47,413 nt of DNA from Candidatus Hodarchaeota archaeon. Its GTDB lineage: Archaea; Asgardarchaeota; Heimdallarchaeia; Hodarchaeales; Hodarchaeaceae. Below the pieces are notes generated by a model. That model was not told the DNA's origin. It made no database searches and worked only from the letters and a program-made list of their open reading frames with translations. Both the position numbers and the translations under genes were made by a program. Where the stretch lies: assembly GCA_029856365.1 (NCBI GenBank), contig JAHQWW010000019.1:1-47413 (forward strand), read 5' to 3'. Below, piece after piece: positions 19,473 to 28,201 of this stretch. The stretch's first letter is position 1, and each line of letters starts with the position of its first letter.

Positions 19473-20321
19473 TTGATAGTTTTAAAGGTGTCTAATAACC
19501 TAAAAACCTTGATGGAGAAACGTAATATGAAAATTGGCATGAATAAAGGTGCAATTGTAATTTGGGAAAATAATATCATTAAAAGGTACCCCAGTTTAAG
19601 AAATGTTGGCCCTATTATTCAAGATAGCATGTGTATTAAGCAGTTGGAGTATGAAGAGCTTAAGAATATTCCATCTCTCGAATTACCTATCCAATCATCT
19701 AAGATAATTTGTTTAGCAAAAAACTATTCTGCTCATGCAAAGGAAATGGGAGTCGAACCTGAGAATCTCCCTCCCCATCCTGACCTCTTTCTAAAGCCTA
19801 AATCTGCATTAATTGGACCAGGAGATGATATTATCTTTCCTCCTCAAACCCAGCAAGTTGATCATGAAATAGAATTGGCCCTTATTATTGGTAAGAAAGG
19901 AAAGAATGTCCATTTAGAGGAGAGTATAGATTTTATCTTTGGATATACTATTTTGCTTGATATGACCGCTCGAGATATTCAAGCCTTAGCAAAGAAAAAA
20001 GGCCGACCGTGGTTTGCATCTAAAGGTTTTGATACATTTTCCCCCATAGGGCCAGTTATTGTAACATCTGACGAAATCAAAGATCCTCAAAATCTTGATT
20101 TGGAACTAAAGGTAAATGGTCAAATAAAGCAAAAAGGAAATACAAGAGACATGATATTCAACATTAAGCAGATTATCAGTTATTGTAGTACAATCACCAC
20201 ATTGGAGCCAGGTGATTTAATAGCTACTGGTACACCTGCAGGAGTAGGTCCTGTGAATAAGGGAGATAGAATTAGTGCCACTATTGAGTCCATTGGAACA
20301 CTTAATGTAGGTGTAATCTAA
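19473..20321 (+). CDS. Fumarylacetoacetate hydrolase family protein
   Basis: KIICLAKNYSAHAKE, FLKP, HEIELA, DMTARDIQ, KGFDTFSPIGP and GDLIATGTPAGVG. Exact start uncertain. Confidence 0.93.
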   Translation: MIVLKVSNNLKTLMEKRNMKIGMNKGAIVIWENNIIKRYPSLRNVGPIIQDSMCIKQLEYEELKNIPSLELPIQSSKIICLAKNYSAHAKEMGVEPENLPPHPDLFLKPKSALIGPGDDIIFPPQTQQVDHEIELALIIGKKGKNVHLEESIDFIFGYTILLDMTARDIQALAKKKGRPWFASKGFDTFSPIGPVIVTSDEIKDPQNLDLELKVNGQIKQKGNTRDMIFNIKQIISYCSTITTLEPGDLIATGTPAGVGPVNKGDRISATIESIGTLNVGVI

Positions 20322-20678
20322 GTGACAAGTCTTAACAAGATAATGTCCATCTTAAAGTCTAAATGTACCCCTATGACAGCACTTCAAATTACACCTCAAA
20401 ATATTCTATTAGTGGTAACTTCCAAGGATTTCTGGAAATGTTTACAGGAATTATGCAAAAATAATGTCTCATTACGATTTATTGAGGAGAGAAAAACTGG
20501 ACTCGATGTCCACCTTTCTCTTTCCATCAAAGAAATTCCCGAGATTTCTTTCCAAGTTACTTTTAGAATTGTAGACTATACTATAAATTTAGTTCAGGGA
20601 TTATCAAGTTTTTTCCCTAACGCTGCTGCCTTCATTCAGGAAATCGAAGGATTTCCCGAGATTAACAATAACAATTAA
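20322..20678 (+). CDS. Hypothetical protein, weakly NuoC/EchD (complex I 30 kDa subunit)-like
   Basis: Abuts the FAH gene with no gap. C-terminal GLSSFFPNAAAFIQEI resembles the NuoC S..xxP.A..xERE motif. Confidence 0.45.
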   Translation: MTSLNKIMSILKSKCTPMTALQITPQNILLVVTSKDFWKCLQELCKNNVSLRFIEERKTGLDVHLSLSIKEIPEISFQVTFRIVDYTINLVQGLSSFFPNAAAFIQEIEGFPEINNNN

Positions 20679-20688
20679 GACACTTTTA

Positions 20689-21081
20689 TTATGTTAGATT
20701 CTTAACCCTCTCAAGATGTGTTTTTATCAAATTAAGTAAGTCATCTGCACTGAAGGGTTTATTAATATAAGCATCAGCCCCAGCTTCTTTCCCTGCAATT
20801 CTGTCTTTTTTCCCCACTTTCGCAGTAAAAATTAATACAGGAATATTCTTTAATTTAGGGTTATTCTTAATCCATTTACATACTTCCAAGCCGTTAACTT
20901 TTGGCATCAGAACATCCAAAAGGATTAAATTTGGTTTTTCAGAATTTGTGTTAAGAAATTGAATTGCTTCCTCACCGTCACTTGCAGAAAAAACACGGTA
21001 TCCTTCGTATTCTAGTACCATCCTAGCAAGTTCTACGGTATCTTCCTCATCATCGACAACTAGAATTGAATCATCTTCCAT
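20689..21081 (-). CDS. Stand-alone response regulator receiver
   Basis: ILVVDDE, LILLDVLMPKVNG, FTA and GADAYINKPF. Confidence 0.93.
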   Translation of the reverse strand: MEDDSILVVDDEEDTVELARMVLEYEGYRVFSASDGEEAIQFLNTNSEKPNLILLDVLMPKVNGLEVCKWIKNNPKLKNIPVLIFTAKVGKKDRIAGKEAGADAYINKPFSADDLLNLIKTHLERVKNLT

Positions 21082-21249
21082 TATTTTAGCACCAGATGAA
21101 TTATCGGATTATATTATTTACCATCAACTCATATCAGAGTATATTCAAAAATTTAACTAGGGAGGTTTGAATATCATATAAAACTACTTCTCTATCAAAT
21201 TATTTTACCTAGTTCTTTATATTATTGTGTTTTTGCCATAATACAGTAA

Positions 21250-22155
21250 TTAAGAAAAAAGACTCTGGATCAGAGCGACAATATAATCCCGCCCGATAGC
21301 AATTGAAATTAAAGCAATAATCATCATAAATCCAAAAATCTGCTGAAGACGTTTCGTATTGATCTTTTTTGCCATTCGTGGTCCAATTTGAGCTCCCACA
21401 ATAATTCCTATTATTAAGAAGAATGCTAAATCAGGATATATTTGACCCATAGTAATTTTAACTGCAGCTCCAGCAATGCTTGTAGCAATCATGACAAACA
21501 TAGAAGTGGCAACTGCCTTATGCATACTTAATTTACCCATATGAACCAGGATTGGGACCATCACGACCCCACCTCCAATCCCTAACAGACCAGAAGCAAA
21601 TCCTGCGACCAATCCAAATAAAGTACTCCAGAGTTCTCGGCGTTCAAACCCAAATAATACGATGTCATCATGTTCAATCTCCTCACTAACCTCCTCACCA
21701 GTTTCTAGTACTTTCTTCTTCTGTTTAGGAAAGACTATCATTTTTATTGCAATTGGAAATAAACATATCGCAAAAACGATTCGAAATATTTGAGGAGCTT
21801 CAGTGGCTAAATATGAGCTGGTCAAACTACCTAAAAGTGCGCCCACGACTGTTGTGATTGCAATCAAAAGACCTGTACGGTATTCGATCGTATTTGGTTG
21901 TCGTGCATAAGCGATTGTAGCTGAAAGTGCTGTAAAAATAATCATAAATAAGACAGTTCCAATTGCAAAACTTTCATCAACTCCAAGTAGAATTAATGAA
22001 GGTGTTGTAATAAAACCTCCTCCAACACCTAGTGTTGAGGATATAATTCCAATAAAAAAAGCAAATATGGAGAATAAAATACCATCAAAAATGTTTGTTA
22101 GGTATGGACCACCGATTATTTGATAAAAAATCATTTTCCAGATCTCAATCTTCAT
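21250..22155 (-). CDS. Sulfite exporter TauE/SafE family protein
   Basis: Duplicated LGVGGG / LGIGGG motifs, AIGT / AVATS, ~8 TM. Confidence 0.92.
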   Translation of the reverse strand: MKIEIWKMIFYQIIGGPYLTNIFDGILFSIFAFFIGIISSTLGVGGGFITTPSLILLGVDESFAIGTVLFMIIFTALSATIAYARQPNTIEYRTGLLIAITTVVGALLGSLTSSYLATEAPQIFRIVFAICLFPIAIKMIVFPKQKKKVLETGEEVSEEIEHDDIVLFGFERRELWSTLFGLVAGFASGLLGIGGGVVMVPILVHMGKLSMHKAVATSMFVMIATSIAGAAVKITMGQIYPDLAFFLIIGIIVGAQIGPRMAKKINTKRLQQIFGFMMIIALISIAIGRDYIVALIQSLFS

Positions 22156-22403
22156 TTCATGGGAATTTTAACAATTATTCCTTATATTAGTCCTGCAATA
22201 CTCTCGTAGACCTCTTTATACTCCTCCTTTATGTGTTTTAAGCTTGATTTTCTGCTTTTGTATTTTTCAAACAATACAGTATATACCTCTCTCATTCGAT
22301 TATACAAAAAAAATCGGTATAACCCTGATTCTTAAAAAGAAAAAATCGAGGTGTTAATTACAAATGAAATAGAAACTGCATATGAATTGGAGCAACACAT
22401 ACA

Positions 22404-23657
22404 ATGGGGATTGCTGAAATATTTGGATCCAAAGGAAATAAGCTGAGGAATAAACGTATTTTACTAGGAGTTACTGGATCCATAGCAGCTATTGAAGTTC
22501 CCCATGTTGTTAGAGAAATTTTACGGTATGAAGGTGATCCTATCGTTGTGCTTTCGGAGGAAGCCACCCGTTTGATAGCTACAGATGCCTTAACGTGGTG
22601 TATGGACAAAGAACCAATGACTCAAATCTCAGGAATGTCTGAACACGTAAAATGGGTTTCACATCCAGATTATAAGATAGATCTGTGCATGATTTGTCCT
22701 GCAACTGCAAATACTATTTCTAAACTTGCTAACGGAATTGCAGACGGGCCAGTTCCCCTAGTTGCATTAGCAGCATTTGGAGCCAAAATTCCATTACTCA
22801 TTATTCCTGCAGCCCATACCGTTTTATTAAATAATCCTATTCTCGAAAGAAATATCTCCTATTTGAAAAAACAAAATGTGAACTTTTTAGACATAGCTGA
22901 GATTGAAAATAAATATAAATTCCCCCCCTTAAACCAATTGATGGAAAGTATCTTCAAGCTGGTCAATCCATCCAAGAAATTGAATAAGAAACGATTTCTA
23001 ATTACAGGAGGAGCCACTCGCGAATATTTAGATGATGTACGCTTTCTTTCTAATCCATCCACTGGATTGTCAGCGTTTCAAGTTGCACAAGCTCTGATAA
23101 ATCATGGGGCGGAAATATTACTTATTCTAGGTGAAGGACACACTCTTGATGTAGATAGAATATCATTTCCAGTAAAAATCGTTCGGTCAACGAAAGATAT
23201 GTATGATGAAATACAGAAAGAACTATCCAATTCTGATTATCATGGTTTAATCGCAGTAGCGGCTGTTTCAGATTATAGACCCCATTATCAAATGGGTAAA
23301 ATACCTTCAAAGCAGACAGATTTGAAACTCGAATTAGTACCTACTGTTAAAATTCTCGAAAAGATTAGAGAAAGCTTTCCAAATCTGTATTTGGTTGCTT
23401 ATAAAGCAGAGGTTGGCATAACAGAAGATGAATTACTAAAAAGAGGAAGAGAGTTTCAAGAGAAACATAGATTAGACATGGTTTGTGCTAATTGGGTAGG
23501 TGAGCCAAAAAAAGGATTTGCATCAGAAACTAATGATATATTTGTTATTCGATCCAGAATCCCTCTCATTCATCTCAAGGGTTCAAAAAAGATGATTGGA
23601 GAACGTATTGCTGAAATTATTGCGAAAGAATTCAATAATCGGAGTTTTGATCAATGA
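22404..23657 (+). CDS. coaBC: Bifunctional phosphopantothenoylcysteine decarboxylase / phosphopantothenate-cysteine ligase
   Basis: LGVTGSIAA, EHV, PATANTISKLANGIAD, ITGGATREYLDDVRFLSNPSTG, AAVSDY and YKAE. Confidence 0.95.
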   Translation: MGIAEIFGSKGNKLRNKRILLGVTGSIAAIEVPHVVREILRYEGDPIVVLSEEATRLIATDALTWCMDKEPMTQISGMSEHVKWVSHPDYKIDLCMICPATANTISKLANGIADGPVPLVALAAFGAKIPLLIIPAAHTVLLNNPILERNISYLKKQNVNFLDIAEIENKYKFPPLNQLMESIFKLVNPSKKLNKKRFLITGGATREYLDDVRFLSNPSTGLSAFQVAQALINHGAEILLILGEGHTLDVDRISFPVKIVRSTKDMYDEIQKELSNSDYHGLIAVAAVSDYRPHYQMGKIPSKQTDLKLELVPTVKILEKIRESFPNLYLVAYKAEVGITEDELLKRGREFQEKHRLDMVCANWVGEPKKGFASETNDIFVIRSRIPLIHLKGSKKMIGERIAEIIAKEFNNRSFDQ

Positions 23658-24571
23658 ATATAACTGTATTTGGTGCGGGGAGCATTGGCTCTCTTTTTGC
23701 AGGTAGAATAGCCTACTCTGGATTTGATGTATCTGTAGTCGGTCGAAATCCTCATGTGACTGAAATTAATAAAAGAGGACTCCGCATTATAGAGGAGCAG
23801 GAGGAACTTCTATCCCATTTTCCTGCAAGGACAAGTTTTCATTCCGAGGTTACAACTCCAGAAACTATCTTTGTAACCACAAAAGCTTATGATAATGGGG
23901 TTGTGGCAAATAGCATGGTAGGAAGGATCTTCAATGAAACCCCAATTTTCGTCTTACAAAATGGTATGGGAAATGAGGAAGTTTTTTGTAGGCATTTTCC
24001 CCAAAATCCAATTTTTCGTGCGATAACCACAGAAGCAGCCGAGTTAATTCATCCTGGTATAGTTAAACATGTAGCATTTGGTAAAACATCATTTGGTATT
24101 ATTAAAGGACAAGAAAATGGTTTTGGGCCTAGGGTTCAGGATATTATGAGGAATTCAGGATTTCAAACGAAAAAAACAACAGAAATTCAGCTAAAAATGT
24201 GGCAAAAATTACTAACAAATGCTACTATTTGCCCATTAGGCGCACTCTTACATGTACCAAATGGAAAAATCCTACAAAAGCCATCAATTAACAGAATTTT
24301 TGATGCAATTTTAAAGGAAGGTATTGCAGTAGCAACTAGCAACTTACCCGATGAAGACTTTTCTCTTACTCGTGAGTTTATTATCAGAGTTATGGAAAAA
24401 ACTAAGGAAAATAGATGTAGTATGCTCCAGGATATCGAACGAGGACGTAAAACAGAGATAGATTATATGAATGGCTTCATTGTACAAGAAAGTAGACGCT
24501 TGGGTTTGAAAGCTCCAGTTAATGCAGCGATTGCTGATTTGATTCGACATTTAGAAAGATATCCACAATAA
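23654..24571 (+). CDS. panE: 2-dehydropantoate (ketopantoate) reductase
   Basis: GAGSIGS, TTKAYD, LQNGMG, WQKLLTN and SMLQDIERGRKTEIDYMNG. ATGA overlap with coaBC. Confidence 0.95.
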   Translation: MNITVFGAGSIGSLFAGRIAYSGFDVSVVGRNPHVTEINKRGLRIIEEQEELLSHFPARTSFHSEVTTPETIFVTTKAYDNGVVANSMVGRIFNETPIFVLQNGMGNEEVFCRHFPQNPIFRAITTEAAELIHPGIVKHVAFGKTSFGIIKGQENGFGPRVQDIMRNSGFQTKKTTEIQLKMWQKLLTNATICPLGALLHVPNGKILQKPSINRIFDAILKEGIAVATSNLPDEDFSLTREFIIRVMEKTKENRCSMLQDIERGRKTEIDYMNGFIVQESRRLGLKAPVNAAIADLIRHLERYPQ

Positions 24572-24584
24572 CGAAGGAATTTTT

Positions 24585-25478
24585 GTGACAGATGACGTCT
24601 CTTATTGGGTAGCTTCACATTTGACTGGTATTTTTGAAATAAAGGACAAATCAAAGAATCTTTTACATCAAGGGTCACGGGGGGCAGGTTTATCCATTAA
24701 TAGAGGTGTAATAACTACTGTAAGACGAACGAAAAATTTTAACGTCGAAATATTTTTCGATAGGATGAGAAAAACCCCAATAGAAGCAGCTGTGACCATT
24801 AGAGTACTTGAAATCCTACTTCCCCAAAAGCAGAGATCTAATTTGGAAATTGTTCACAACTTTGAAGTACCCCTTTCTTCCGGATATGGCGCCTCTGCTG
24901 CAAGCGCAGTCGGAACAGCATTCGCTCTACATGATCTTTTAGAGTTAAATTTGTCAGAATTGGAATTGTTCCAAGTAGCGCATAAAGCTGAAATTTTAAC
25001 GAAGACAGGACTTGGAGATATAATTGGTCTTTACCAAGGAGGATTGGAGATCCGTTTAAAAGAGGGCGCTCCTGGTATTGGTAAAACAATGCCATTAAAA
25101 AATTCTAATGAATGGAAAGTAGCTACTGTTCATTTAGGTACTCTCTCAACATCTGAAGTTCTGTCCAATCCTCAAAAGAGGAAAGCTGTTAATGATGCTG
25201 GAAGAGAATTGATTTCTGAGCTGATTTCTAATCCTCATTTTTCTAACTTCATCAAATTATCCTCAATTTTTTCAGAGAGAGTCAATTTATGGTCACCTCA
25301 ATTGAAAGAATATGTTAAAAATTTACCAAAAGAGATGATTGGATCTCAAATAATGCTTGGTGAAGCATTTTTTATTTTCTATCGTGATAGAACTACTTTA
25401 ACGCGGATTGAAATTCCTAATTGTCAAATAATTGAGGAAACAATTTGTGAGAATACTGTTATAAAACGTGAAAAGTAA
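24585..25478 (+). CDS. Pantoate kinase (archaeal, GHMP family)
   Basis: SHLTGIF, GSRGAG, PLSSGYGASAA, AHKAE...TGLGD, GGLEIR..GAPG and MLG; CoA operon context. Confidence 0.92.
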   Translation: MTDDVSYWVASHLTGIFEIKDKSKNLLHQGSRGAGLSINRGVITTVRRTKNFNVEIFFDRMRKTPIEAAVTIRVLEILLPQKQRSNLEIVHNFEVPLSSGYGASAASAVGTAFALHDLLELNLSELELFQVAHKAEILTKTGLGDIIGLYQGGLEIRLKEGAPGIGKTMPLKNSNEWKVATVHLGTLSTSEVLSNPQKRKAVNDAGRELISELISNPHFSNFIKLSSIFSERVNLWSPQLKEYVKNLPKEMIGSQIMLGEAFFIFYRDRTTLTRIEIPNCQIIEETICENTVIKREK

Positions 25479-26254
25479 TGGTAATAGAAATTCCAAAGGA
25501 TCATCCCCGATATGAATCCTTGGTCATCCGAGAGAAAATAATTGAAGGAATGCATCAAAAAATTGTAGCTGAAGCAGGATTAATTGCTCACGGACGTGGG
25601 GAGGCATTTGACTATATATTAGGGGAGGTTACCCCGCCTTTTGCTTTAAATCAAGAGAAATTGGCTGTTATTACGCTATTAAGGGCAAAAAATCCTGTTA
25701 TTTCAGTCAATGGAAATGTGGCAGCCTTATGTTCAAAGGAAATCGTTCAATTAAGTCAAATATTGAATGCTCCATTAGAGATTAATCTTTTCTACAGAAA
25801 ACCAGAGCGTGAAATAGCTATTAAAGACGTTTTAACCAAAGCTGGGGCTTTACAGATTTACGGGATTGACCCAAGAAACCAAAAATCTATTCCTGAGATT
25901 TCTCATCAACGAAGGATTGTCGATTCACGTGGTATTGCACGTTCAGATTGTGTCTTTGTTCCATTGGAGGATGGAGATCGTGCAATGGCACTAAGGAACT
26001 TGGGGAAAGATGTGGTTGCTGTTGATTTAAATCCCCTTTCGCGAACCTCCCTAGCAGCAACAGTTTCTATTACAAATAATATCACAAGAGCAACAACAGA
26101 ATTGGTTAATTTCGCCAAAAATTTTAGTAAAATGAATATTCAAGAATTAGAAGAAGAAAAAAAGCTGTTAAATAACGAAACGCTTTTGCAAGAAGCCCTA
26201 AAATTTATGTCATCCCGACTTGAGGAGCTCGCTAGTGATCAAAAGTATTTATGA
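25478..26254 (+). CDS. 4-phosphopantoate--beta-alanine ligase (phosphopantothenate synthetase, archaeal)
   Basis: IPKDHPRYESL, GLIAHGRGEAFDYILGE, SVNGN, VPLEDGDR and DLNPLSRT. TAATG overlap with the upstream gene. Confidence 0.95.
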   Translation: MVIEIPKDHPRYESLVIREKIIEGMHQKIVAEAGLIAHGRGEAFDYILGEVTPPFALNQEKLAVITLLRAKNPVISVNGNVAALCSKEIVQLSQILNAPLEINLFYRKPEREIAIKDVLTKAGALQIYGIDPRNQKSIPEISHQRRIVDSRGIARSDCVFVPLEDGDRAMALRNLGKDVVAVDLNPLSRTSLAATVSITNNITRATTELVNFAKNFSKMNIQELEEEKKLLNNETLLQEALKFMSSRLEELASDQKYL

Positions 26255-26263
26255 GGTGTAACT

Positions 26264-27061
26264 ATGAAGAAAAAAACAATTTTAGATATATTAGACATGA
26301 AAAATACGGGAGATAAGATTACGATGCTTACTGCTTACGACTTCGTAATGGCATCGATTTTGGATGAAGCTGGAACAGATTTATTGCTTGTTGGGGATAC
26401 TATGGGTATGGTGGTTCATGGAAACCCAACTACATTGACTGTTACCTTGGAAGATTCCATTCGTCATACTCAAGCTGTTGCACGAGGTGTAAAGCAAGCC
26501 ATGGTAATTGGTGACCTACCTTTCGGAACATTTCAGGTTTCTGCTGAAGAAGCAGTTCGGAATGCAATCAAATTAGTTAAAATAGGAAATGCAGAAGCTA
26601 TAAAGCTAGAAGGGGGAAGTGAACGGTGTACAGCAGTCCAGGGGATACTGGACGCAGGAATCCCTGTTATGGGTCATTTAGGGCTTACTCCGCAATCAAT
26701 TCATAAATTTGGAGGTTTTAAAGTACAAGGCCGTACAGAAGAGACAGCAAAGGTTCTTATTGAAGAATCAAAAAAACTCGAAAAAGCAGGTATTTTTTCT
26801 CTTGTATTAGAAGCTATCCCTTGGAAGGTCGCAAAAAAAATAACTGAATCCATTTCTATTCCTACTATTGGAATCGGAGCGGGACCTTATTGTGATGGGC
26901 AGGTGTTGGTGACCTATGATATGCTTGGTTATTTCGATTTCAAAGCAAAATTTGTTAAGAGATATTTAAACCTTAAAGAACAGATTTTGAAAGCAGTTAA
27001 AGAATATAATCAAGAGGTACGAGAAGACAAGTTCCCTGATATTAGCTATAGCTATGACTGA
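26264..27061 (+). CDS. panB: 3-methyl-2-oxobutanoate hydroxymethyltransferase
   Basis: MLTAYD, LLVGDT, DLPF, KLEGG, GHLGLTPQ, IGIGAG and CDGQVLV. Confidence 0.97.
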   Translation: MKKKTILDILDMKNTGDKITMLTAYDFVMASILDEAGTDLLLVGDTMGMVVHGNPTTLTVTLEDSIRHTQAVARGVKQAMVIGDLPFGTFQVSAEEAVRNAIKLVKIGNAEAIKLEGGSERCTAVQGILDAGIPVMGHLGLTPQSIHKFGGFKVQGRTEETAKVLIEESKKLEKAGIFSLVLEAIPWKVAKKITESISIPTIGIGAGPYCDGQVLVTYDMLGYFDFKAKFVKRYLNLKEQILKAVKEYNQEVREDKFPDISYSYD

Positions 27062-27461
27062 CGATCTTCATCATTTTCGTCATTTTCGGTGATCTCCCTC
27101 TCCTATTTTGCTTATAAAGGCCATAGAAGCTTTTATAAAGAGTTCACGGCCAGTTAATGAAATGAATGTGTATGGGTTTCGACTCATTTACCCTTTATTC
27201 GAAAAAAATATCAAACGATCCCTCAACGAGAAGTATATTACTAGAAGAACTACGAAAAGTTAAAGAAAAGTTAATCACCACACCTCATCCGTATTGTGAG
27301 ATTGACTGCCCTTGGTTGTCTCTTTGTAGAAGTTTTTCCTCTCTTCTTGTATTTTAAATGATTTAATTGATCCTAGTTCATGGCAATAGATCAATGGTTA
27401 TTTTTCTGAAGAATATATTTCAAGTCAGAAGTAAAAATAACCGAAAATGAGAGAAAATCTA

Positions 27462-28181
27462 TCATTGAGAATTTTTTTCAGATAAGAGCAGGAGTTCTTG
27501 ATTCTTCAGAAGGTATTTAGGTCCGAATCCCTCGAGATTTTTAAAAGTCCCCTCAACTCCTTTAGGATTCCCTGTTTTTGTATAAAGCACATTTGAATCA
27601 AGAATTGCTTTTAAAACTTCTATTGGTGATTCAAATTTGTCAATTAAAATATTGGCTTTTTTAAGGCCTGTATTATGGAGTCCTTGTAGAAAAAATAGCT
27701 GGTTGTCTCGTAAAGAACGTGCTTTTGGAGATTTTCGTGCTATGATTGGATCGTCATGATCCTCTTGAACCCATGAAGCAATCCTGTTTAGAGCGATAGC
27801 AGTCTCACTCATTTGAGATGTTGGGATCACAGGTACTTGTCTACGTAAAAATATGTATGTTAGTGCCCCATAAACGTGTTTTTTTCTTTTTTTCCACTCT
27901 GTTCTTTCAAAAGCAGAGGATAAATCTTCTAAAAGCAAAAATGGCTGTTCATAGGTTTCTATTAAGCGATCTATTTGTTCAAAAAGCCGATTGTCCATTA
28001 ATGATGTGATAAAGTCTGTTCCTGTCTTTCGTTCACAAGCCACCTTGTCTGACACTATATAATCAGCAATGTCTAATTGTTGCTCTTCAACCTTCATACC
28101 GAGCTTAACTAGTCTTTTTTTGAGTTTCTCTGGTTCTCGATGATCTACTACAATATGTAAAGGCTGAGTCATATTTATCAT
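27462..28181 (-). CDS. xpf: ERCC4/XPF structure-specific endonuclease (short, helicase-less archaeal form)
   Basis: VVDHRE, ADYIVS, ERKTGTDF and RLFEQ, followed by an HhH2 domain (LHNTG...LEGFG). Confidence 0.9.
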   Translation of the reverse strand: MINMTQPLHIVVDHREPEKLKKRLVKLGMKVEEQQLDIADYIVSDKVACERKTGTDFITSLMDNRLFEQIDRLIETYEQPFLLLEDLSSAFERTEWKKRKKHVYGALTYIFLRRQVPVIPTSQMSETAIALNRIASWVQEDHDDPIIARKSPKARSLRDNQLFFLQGLHNTGLKKANILIDKFESPIEVLKAILDSNVLYTKTGNPKGVEGTFKNLEGFGPKYLLKNQELLLLSEKNSQ

Positions 28182-28201
28182 ATCCTGAATGGATTCAGAA
28201 T

